Shown here: one piece after another, positions 8,492-16,300 of the stretch
Numbering within the stretch: position 1 is the first letter of the stretch
Layout: every line of letters begins with the position of its first letter
DNA from: a bacterium
GTDB lineage: Bacteria > UBA9089 > CG2-30-40-21 > SBAY01
Assembly: GCA_040757115.1 (NCBI GenBank)
Contig: JBFLYA010000002.1
Coordinates: 1 to 59,479 of the forward strand
Direction: 5' to 3'
Length of the DNA: 59,479 bases
Notes under the pieces: generated by a model
Databases searched by the model: none
What the model was told of the DNA's origin: nothing
Seen by the model: the letters and a program-made list of their open reading frames with translations, nothing else
Program-made: the position numbers and the translations under genes

Positions 8492-10618
8492 TTATCCTGC
8501 GATTTGTTGAAGATTATGTTGTTCTCGTTCAAGTATTCTGAGAAATGCCTGGACGACTCCCGGATGAAACTGACTTCCTGAGCCTTTCTTTAATTCATTT
8601 ATAGCCACATCCAGCGGCAATGCTTTACGGTAAGGTCTATCTGATGTCATCGCATCAAAGGCATCCGCAACCTTAATAATACTTGCATGTAAAGGTATTT
8701 TGTCATGGCTTAATCCATCAGGGTAACCCTTGCCATCTATTTGTTCATGGTGAAGTCTGACGGCTAACATTATTATTTCCGGAAATTCTACAGGTCCCAG
8801 AATTTTAGCACTAATCATTGGATGTTCCTTGATGACACGCCATTCATCTTCATCTAATTTACCAGGTTTGAGAAGCACATCTTCTTTTATCCCAATTTTA
8901 CCTATGTCATGGAGAAGTGCGGCAATTTCAAGCGATTCTATATCTTCTTCCGTGAGTTCTAATTCTCTGGCTATATCTAATGTATATTTAACTACTGATT
9001 CAGAATGTCCTTTAGTATAGGGGTCTTTAGCATCTACGGCCGCGGCCAATGCCTTAACGGTGCGCAGGAAACTATTATGTATTTCTTCATGTAATTTGGC
9101 ATTTGAAACCGCTATAGCCGCCTGGTCGGCAATAGCCGAAAGTAAATTTACCTGGTCTTGTGTATATCTTTGGCGCCGTGTAGAATATACCGTCAGGACT
9201 CCAATTGATTCTTCCTTCACCACTAATGGAATACATAATAATGAATTTACACCTTCTTTAGCCACATATTCAGGATGGTAGTATTTTTTATCATTAGGGA
9301 CATCAGTGATAATCACTGGTTTTCGTTCTTGAAGTGCCTCCTCACTTATGGTTTTGCGTTGACCAATGGTTGTTCCTTTTTCATTAAAATACTCTTGCAT
9401 TAAACCATAAGAGGCATTTAATACTATTTCCCTTTCTTCTCCAATCAGTCTTAAAGAGCAAATGGATGCTTCCATAAGTCTTGCGGCTACCTCTAAAATT
9501 AAGGTTAAAACCTTCTCTAAATCTAAAGTAGAAGAAATCGTCTTACCTACCTCAAATAATGTGGATAATTCACTTACCTTTTGTTTCATTCCGCGGTATA
9601 ATCGAGCATTTTCTAAGGAAATAGCCACTGTATTGGCTAAAGTAGATAACACCCTTAAATTATCTTGATTAAATGCTTGCTCTTCAACACGGCAGATATT
9701 AAAGATACCAATTACATTCCCTCGAACGACTAATGGAAATGCAAGGAATGATTCAAACTTTTTCCCAATGATAGATTTATCCATTGATTCTCCTATTTTA
9801 TCTATCGTGGTGATAAGGTGTTCCGGGGTAATTTTAATATCTGAGAGGTTACTAAACATAGAGACTAATTTATCTTTAATCTCACTAATATATTTTTGAG
9901 AGAGTTGAGTATTGGTTTTTATCCACAACCAGTTATTTTCGTCATTTTCATAGAGTAGTAGTGCACAAAAATCAAATTTGACTATCTCATGCAGGGTATC
10001 TCCAACTAATCTAAATATTTCCTCCTCACTGCGGATAGAATTAAGTGTTTGAGTAATCTCATTTATTTTAGTCAGTTCATTAATTCTTGATTCGGCTTTA
10101 CTATAAAGTTCTGCATTGGCTATGGCGGAAGCGGCTTGACTGGCGAATAAAGATAAAAGCCCTAAATCTTCACTGGTATAATCTATTGGTTTAATTAGCC
10201 GATTAACAGATATGACACCAATGACTTTATCACGAACCGAAAGAGGAACACACATAGCGGATTTTATTCTTTCTTCTTCCCGTATCTTTCTAAAACGCAG
10301 GTCAGTTACTTTACCAATAAGGAGTAGAGGTTCTCCTTCTTTTGCCACTGTCCCGGCAATCCCATCACCTAATTTTATCCTGGTATTTGAAATTACCTCA
10401 GGTGAAAGCCCTCTGGCGATACTTATTGTTAATTCTCCTTTTTCTTCATTAAGTAACATTATTGAGCCTGTATCAGCTTCTAACTGAGATATGCAGGCAT
10501 CCATAATCAAATCAAGCAGTTCATCCAGAATAATGGTTGAACCCATTGCTTTACCAATTATATAGAGGCTGGATAATCTCTGGAGTTGTTTATTTTGTTC
10601 AATTGTCTCCTCAGACAT
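8492..10618 (-). CDS. Multi-GAF HD-GYP domain protein (c-di-GMP phosphodiesterase type)
   Basis: 708 aa. GAF-like repeats are followed by HDIGKIGI and HHEQIDGKGYPDGL (HD-GYP signature). Confidence 0.85.
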   Translation of the reverse strand: MSEETIEQNKQLQRLSSLYIIGKAMGSTIILDELLDLIMDACISQLEADTGSIMLLNEEKGELTISIARGLSPEVISNTRIKLGDGIAGTVAKEGEPLLLIGKVTDLRFRKIREEERIKSAMCVPLSVRDKVIGVISVNRLIKPIDYTSEDLGLLSLFASQAASAIANAELYSKAESRINELTKINEITQTLNSIRSEEEIFRLVGDTLHEIVKFDFCALLLYENDENNWLWIKTNTQLSQKYISEIKDKLVSMFSNLSDIKITPEHLITTIDKIGESMDKSIIGKKFESFLAFPLVVRGNVIGIFNICRVEEQAFNQDNLRVLSTLANTVAISLENARLYRGMKQKVSELSTLFEVGKTISSTLDLEKVLTLILEVAARLMEASICSLRLIGEEREIVLNASYGLMQEYFNEKGTTIGQRKTISEEALQERKPVIITDVPNDKKYYHPEYVAKEGVNSLLCIPLVVKEESIGVLTVYSTRRQRYTQDQVNLLSAIADQAAIAVSNAKLHEEIHNSFLRTVKALAAAVDAKDPYTKGHSESVVKYTLDIARELELTEEDIESLEIAALLHDIGKIGIKEDVLLKPGKLDEDEWRVIKEHPMISAKILGPVEFPEIIMLAVRLHHEQIDGKGYPDGLSHDKIPLHASIIKVADAFDAMTSDRPYRKALPLDVAINELKKGSGSQFHPGVVQAFLRILEREQHNLQQIAG

Positions 10619-10873
10619 ACTTTATTCCTCCTAAATCTATAGTGAAACGGTAAAAATAAGTTGATATACGAAATGCTAAAATAATCCACAGATTACGATA
10701 AATTTATTTTTCTGCAAAAGTTAGGTTGCAAAAGTTCAGTAACCATACAAAAATAAAACCACGGCACTCTTCAAAAAACGAATTTCCTTCCCTTCAATTA
10801 CAACTCTTTATCTCTAATTCGTCTTCTCCGTGGTTAGATTATGGACACATCATTTCCTTCAGTTCCTTTTTAA

Positions 10874-11344
10874 TTATGCGGCTAATTTCAATTCTCTCCT
10901 TATCCCTGTTACCTCATTTTCAAGTCTTAGAATCTTTATTTCCAACTTCTCATACTCATCTCGTCTGACAATTACCTCATATAGTCGGTCAATCCGTTTA
11001 TTTGTGTCATCTATTCGTATCGTATTTTTAAATATTTCCTCTTTCAATTCTACTCTTAATTCATCAATCCGTTTATTTGTTTCATCAATCCGTTTATTTG
11101 TTTCATCAATCCGCATCGTATTTTTAGCTATTTCTTCTTTCAATTCTACTCTCAGAGCATCAATCCGTTTGTTCGTTTCATCAATTCTTCTGCTCTGGTC
11201 CACCAGATGGGTATTCATATCATCCAGTCGTTTATTCATCATTGCCAGAGCAGTTTTAATCTGTTCATTTTCTGACTTAATGGCTTGCAAATCAGGCACT
11301 ATAAGTTCTTGTATAAGTTTTTTTATTGTCTCTGCTATTTCCAT
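10874..11344 (-). CDS. Coiled-coil protein with tandem IDETNKRID repeats
   Basis: 156 aa with heptad-like composition. RIDETNKRID recurs 5 times, along with a duplicated LRVELKEEI(A/F)KNT(M/I)RID block. The matching DNA tandem repeats lie at about 11040-11130. Confidence 0.6.
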   Translation of the reverse strand: MEIAETIKKLIQELIVPDLQAIKSENEQIKTALAMMNKRLDDMNTHLVDQSRRIDETNKRIDALRVELKEEIAKNTMRIDETNKRIDETNKRIDELRVELKEEIFKNTIRIDDTNKRIDRLYEVIVRRDEYEKLEIKILRLENEVTGIRRELKLAA

Positions 11345-11524
11345 CTTTTCCTCTTCAATATTAATTACTGCGGTAATCTCAAAAACTAACCACAGAGAAT
11401 AAAAGAGGTTAAGAAGTTAAAAGAATAAGAAGTTAAGAAAAAGAGACTTTTAAATCTTAACTTCTCCACCTCTTATCTTCTTAACCTCTTCCCTCTCTCT
11501 GTATCCTCTGTGGTTTCTTTCCTC

Positions 11525-11739
11525 GTAACTATTCACCATTCACAATTTCTTTACTAAATTTCCTTCATAATGGTGAATGGTGAATTGTCAATTGTGAATT
11601 GTGAATTATCACTCTTCACGGTGTCAAGCAAACCTGGCCCAAGAGTTCGATGCACCGCTATAGCGCATCCAATGACTCTATTCGATAATTCATCAAATTT
11701 CACTTCGTGCTCTCCGTACCCTTCGTGGTGAATAGTTAC
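11525..11739 (-). pseudogene. Truncated GxxExxY-family gene fragment inside an IR-bounded cassette
   Basis: Cassette termini are gtaactattcacc (11525) and ggtgaatagttac (11727-11739). The minus strand of 11618-11739 reads VTIHHEGYGEHEV KFDELSNRVIGCAIAVHRTLGPGLLDTV, then degenerates. Confidence 0.65.
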
Positions 11740-11791
11740 CTTTCCTCTTTTTTCCTATTTTAACCCTACCATCTGCTCAATTCGGTAACTC

Positions 11792-12718
11792 TTAGAATTT
11801 TGTCATCAAAGAAATTCGATGGGTATCATCCAAATCATCATAATCACAATAGGCATAATCTAAACCAATACCCGTCCCTGGGAATTTAAATCCCGCACCA
11901 AAAGTCAGGTCTGATGATTTTAAAGCATCTTTCGTCAGTGTTTTATATCCGGCACGAATGGCCATTATTTCCTTGAACCAATATTCTGTCCCAAGATTAA
12001 AGTTTGTATCATTGTCTGAAGGGAAATTAACATCCAGACTTAAGGTCAATGCCTTATCTAATAATTTATAGGCACCACCTACCTTGAAATTTAATGGTAA
12101 TGCGTCTTTTTCACTCACAAATGCCTTTAATTTAGGGCCAAAATTCTGCACTACCATCCCTAAAGTGAGATTTTCAACTTGAGGTTTATATAAACAACCA
12201 ACATCTAAACCAAAGCCGGTAGATTTTTCGGTATCGATCTTCATCTGGATGTATTTTACTGTTGCCCCCACAGAACACTTTTCCATCAGCTGTCTGGCAT
12301 AGGATACCGCTACGGCAATATCTTTACCTTCGTATGTCCCATCCGGAACATTATCATTACCATCAAGATATTTGTCTATGCTTCCCGAATCTAATAGGGT
12401 AATCGCTCCACCCATAATTCCACCCATTATTTGAGCAGGATGGACATAGGCTAAGTAATTGTATTTTATCTCTGCCAGCCAATCTGAGTACATAAAGGTA
12501 CATTGTCTTTGTTCAATCTGAGCAATCCCGGCTGGATTCCAATAGAGGGCGTTAATATCATCTGCTACCGCACAAAATGATTCACCCATACCATTAGCCC
12601 TTGCCCCCTGGCCTAATTTTAAAAACACCGCTCCTTTACTTCCAGGCGAACCCGCCAGGACATAACTACCTGCCAGCAAAACTGCTACCCCTACCATTAA
12701 ACTTACAAACCTTTTCAT
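11792..12718 (-). CDS. PorV/PorQ-family-like outer-membrane beta-barrel, paralogue 1
   Basis: Signal peptide, then GAVFLKLGQGARANGMGESFCAVADDINALYWNPAGIA, which fits the PorV/PorQ N-terminal signature as I recall it. Alternating beta-strand pattern and C-terminal aromatic residue (TKF). AAGGAGG RBS. Confidence 0.6.
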   Translation of the reverse strand: MKRFVSLMVGVAVLLAGSYVLAGSPGSKGAVFLKLGQGARANGMGESFCAVADDINALYWNPAGIAQIEQRQCTFMYSDWLAEIKYNYLAYVHPAQIMGGIMGGAITLLDSGSIDKYLDGNDNVPDGTYEGKDIAVAVSYARQLMEKCSVGATVKYIQMKIDTEKSTGFGLDVGCLYKPQVENLTLGMVVQNFGPKLKAFVSEKDALPLNFKVGGAYKLLDKALTLSLDVNFPSDNDTNFNLGTEYWFKEIMAIRAGYKTLTKDALKSSDLTFGAGFKFPGTGIGLDYAYCDYDDLDDTHRISLMTKF

Positions 12719-12992
12719 TTTAACCTACCTCCTTAATTTTATTTTAGATTTTAGATTGAACCGATCTGTTTTAAAGTCAGTTTTCAATCAAAAATCGCAA
12801 ATCTATTAATTTTGTATTTCGGCTTGTTGCTGATAAATTACAAGCCAAAATTAGAGACATTTTACTCCTTACTCTAATATATCACAATATATTATTTTTG
12901 TCAAGAATTTTTTTTGATTATTTTTTTAATTATGATATGTATAAAGATAAGTTATTAAGAGGGAATATGATTGTGACGAGCAATTTTTTAAC
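12014..12992 (-). repeat. About 0.98-kb block near-identical to 21121-22089 (5' two-thirds of the PorV-like gene, its 5' UTR and promoter)
   Basis: Direct comparison shows identity apart from a ~99-nt diverged patch at 12269-12367 and homopolymer indels upstream. The 3' 220 nt of the two genes are only about 75% identical. Confidence 0.9.
12876..12904 (-). promoter_or_regulatory. Sigma-70-type promoter for PorV-like paralogue 1
   Basis: Minus strand: TTGACA (12904-12899), 17 nt, TATATT (12881-12876), with TGa extended -10. This leaves a ~150-nt leader containing the hairpin ggcttgt..acaagcc. Confidence 0.65.
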
Positions 12993-13052
12993 TTTGTGTC
13001 TTTGGTGCCTTTAGTCTTTGGTCTTCGGTCTGTAGTCTGTAGCCTGTGCTCT

Positions 13053-13316
13053 TTACTTTATCACCCCAATCTTACCTTTCTTAACCGAGCCGAGTTCATC
13101 CTTTAAGAAATAGATGTAAATACCCGAAGCAACATCTTCGTTATCTTTATTCTTTAAATTCCATTTAATCTGGCTATCATTGATGTTATCTTTTTGTTTC
13201 TCAATGACTAATTCACCGGCTATGTTATATATTCTTAAGGTCACCTGTTTATCCGTGGTAATCTGAGTAAAGGTTACCTCTTGCCCTTTATAAGCAGGAT
13301 TAGGATAGACCAAAGC
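13053..13316 (-). other. T9SS type A sorting domain (Por secretion tail)
   Basis: LVYPNPAYKGQEVTFTQ..VTLRIYNIAGELV..IKWNLKNKDNEDVASGIYIYFLKDE..KKGKIGVIK* fits the TIGR04183-type pattern. Confidence 0.8.
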
Positions 13317-16300
13317 ACCCTCTAAATTATTAAATACCGCTGGCACTTTGATAGTTATTTCATCATCTAATACCGCAGGTCGCTGGTCAATAGATTGTTC
13401 CTGACCAATTCTTTCGATAAACTTTGTTTCCCGGTTTTCTTCATCATCAAACTCAAAATTAACTTTAGAATAGACATCACAAGAAATGACCCTGAATGGC
13501 ACGGTAGCTAATAATCCTTCATCATCTATCTCTGGCTCCCAGACTACGACCGCATAATCAATCTTACCTGATGAATTATCTACTTCATTCTTCAGAATAT
13601 CAGCCTGATGTTTCACTGAACCCCGTGGGAAATCCCCCGGTTGAATCTGGATACCATCTTTGCTGTTATCCGCATCTATTACCTGTAATACCTTTGGATT
13701 AAAAGATAAGTGAATCTCACCACCAAGATAGTCTTTGGCATCGCGAACATATATTTTCAGATAGATAATATTCCCCACCCGCAGTTCATCAATATCTACT
13801 CCTTCAAGTGTCTCAAGATTAAATGACAATTCTATTCTGCCTTCAGTCTTTTTAGTTTTAGCCGGCATCGGAGTTAATTTTGCTATTTTAGCCTTTATTT
13901 GCTGTTTCCCAAAATTATCTCCAAAGATTTCAAAATCTAATGAATTAACCTGCTCATCATGATTAAAATCACCCTCTTTATTTCTTTCCCAATTACCTTC
14001 AGGGTTACCTTTATAATCTCCGTAGGCATCAACAAACCCAGGCCAATCGTCAATATTTACCTTACCATCATTAGTTATATCCCCTGCCAATAAGGTCATT
14101 GTGCCGATGTAACTGGTATCCTCAAATTGGGTTGGACTGATATAAATATTAGTTTTACTCGCAGGAGATGCCCCCCAGGTATCAAAGGTAAGGGTGTAGG
14201 TTCCTACAGGAATCTTCCCAAAAAAGAAGTAAGAATTATTATTAGTCATTGTAGTCGTCCCAATTTCTACAATCCTAACTTGAATATCTGAGCAGGTACC
14301 CAATGTCGAAGTCCCTAAATTAAGCAAGCAAAACCCTGCTATATTACCAAATCTTCTCAATGAATAGGCAGTAAAAGTGCAGGGAGAGCCAGTTAATCCT
14401 ACCGAAATAGCCTGGATGGTATATGTGCCTGGTGGTTCTGTGCCTAAGGTAAGAAAGGAAGATGTTGTGCCTTGAATGTTGGTAGTCGTTTTAGTTGGAG
14501 AGATAGAATAATCTATTGACCCGGGCGGCGAAGAGATAATTTTCCATTCTACATCTACCCCAGAGCAAGGATTATTATATTTATCCACTACCTTAACTAT
14601 AAATGGGTCTTTTAAAGTAAAGGTGCAGGTATTAACCTGGTTATTTCCAGAGATATAATGGAGGGTAGTTGGAGTGCCAGGGGTGATAATGATAGAGGTA
14701 GTGCCAATAAACCCAAGATATTCCCCTTTGATGGTATATGTGCCGATGTAATAGGCAGAAAAGGTATTAAGGGTAAATGAACCACCACCCGATGTAGTAA
14801 AAGTAGTAGAGCCAGTAACATCAAGTTCTAAACCACTACAATATGCCACGCAGTTATAATTAATTACCTCATCTGCCTTGACCACTTTATCCTTTGGGAA
14901 AACAGAGATAGAGGTAATAACATAATAGAGGGCAGAGTGAGTATTAAATGGAATATCTATACTTCCTGGCTTTCTTAATCTTGTCATCCGATTGTGTTGC
15001 GAATCAAAATCAAAGATAACACTTGAGGTTCCACCCAGGATAGCTTTAAATTTTATCTGACAAAGTATTCCCGAACCAGTAGCAGAGCCAGAAATTAGCC
15101 CAACGCTATAATCTATCTCACCTTTAGTATTATCATATTTATTCTGGAGTACCCAACCCTCTGGTGGAAATGTTCCTGTGCCTATTTCAATTACCTGAAG
15201 GATATTGGGGTTAAAACTAAGATGTAATTCTGCTACTCTTAATTCTGTTACATCCTCTATTTCCACATAAGCGGTAAATGTTGAATTAACCGCAATATTC
15301 TGTATGGCAGGTGTAATTTTCAAAAGAGTGGTTGGGAGGATATAAAAGGTTGTCTGAGCATAAATATCGGTCATCAAACCATAAGCCGTAATAGTTGTCG
15401 TTCCAATTGGCTGGCTATCGACGGTAAATATTACCTCAAATCCACCGAAGGCATTAGTAGTAGCTAAAGTAATAGTCGGAGTAGTCCCAAACTCAATCCT
15501 GATTAATTCAGTTGCCCCAAAGCCATTACCCATTACGGTGACAATAGAACCGATAGTCCCAGAAGTAGGGTTAATAAAGCCAATATTTGGCAGGATGATA
15601 AAGGGACATCTATCCATATTACCACTTACCATCCCTCTACCTGTAATAGTCGTAATGCCATAAGGTTGGGTATCTATAGTAAATACGGCAGAAAATGCTC
15701 CGTAGAAATTAGTAGTGGTGTAGGCAATTGTAGGCGTAGTGCCAAAGTTAATACAGATACCCTCTGTTGCGTCAAATCCAGCACCTTCTACAGTGATAAG
15801 AGTTCCTACTGTTCCCAGTGATGGCGTAATCATAAATATTCGTGGAATGACAAAAAATATAGTTTCAGCACTCTTACCTGAACTCAAACCTGTCGCCTTC
15901 ACCGTTTTAGTGCCATAAGGTTGGGTGCCAACGGTAAAAGTGGTATTAAATTGCCCTAAACTATCAGTAGAAGTCAAAACAATGGTTTGGGTAGTGCCAA
16001 AATCTATCCTTATCACTTCAGTCACTTTATAATCTATTCCACTTATCGTTACTATTGTTCCTACAGAGCCAGAAATAGGCAAAATCAAAGTAATATTTGC
16101 TGGAGGTCCTTCTGATAACCAAGGCTCATAATCAATATTACCAGAAAATGTCGAAGTAGCAGGTGGATGTTGTCCCCACCAATTATATTCTGCTGTCTGA
16201 GTCCCATCTGTTTGTAGATTATATGTTTGGTTATTATAGATATTATTATAGATAAGTGGAGAAATTTCTGAAGATTTACAATAAATACCTACTCCATTAC

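Noticed and set aside
10830-11402. 190-aa plus-strand ORF overlapping the coiled-coil gene
   Set aside because: It is a low-complexity Ser/Ile/Phe-rich translation antisense to an ORF that has clear heptad structure and repeats. It is a typical shadow ORF.
11640-11662. tRNA T-arm-like string gagttcgatgcaccgc
   Set aside because: No acceptor, D or anticodon stems can be built around it. On the minus strand the region reads as a GxxExxY N-terminal fragment (AIAVHRTLGPGLL).
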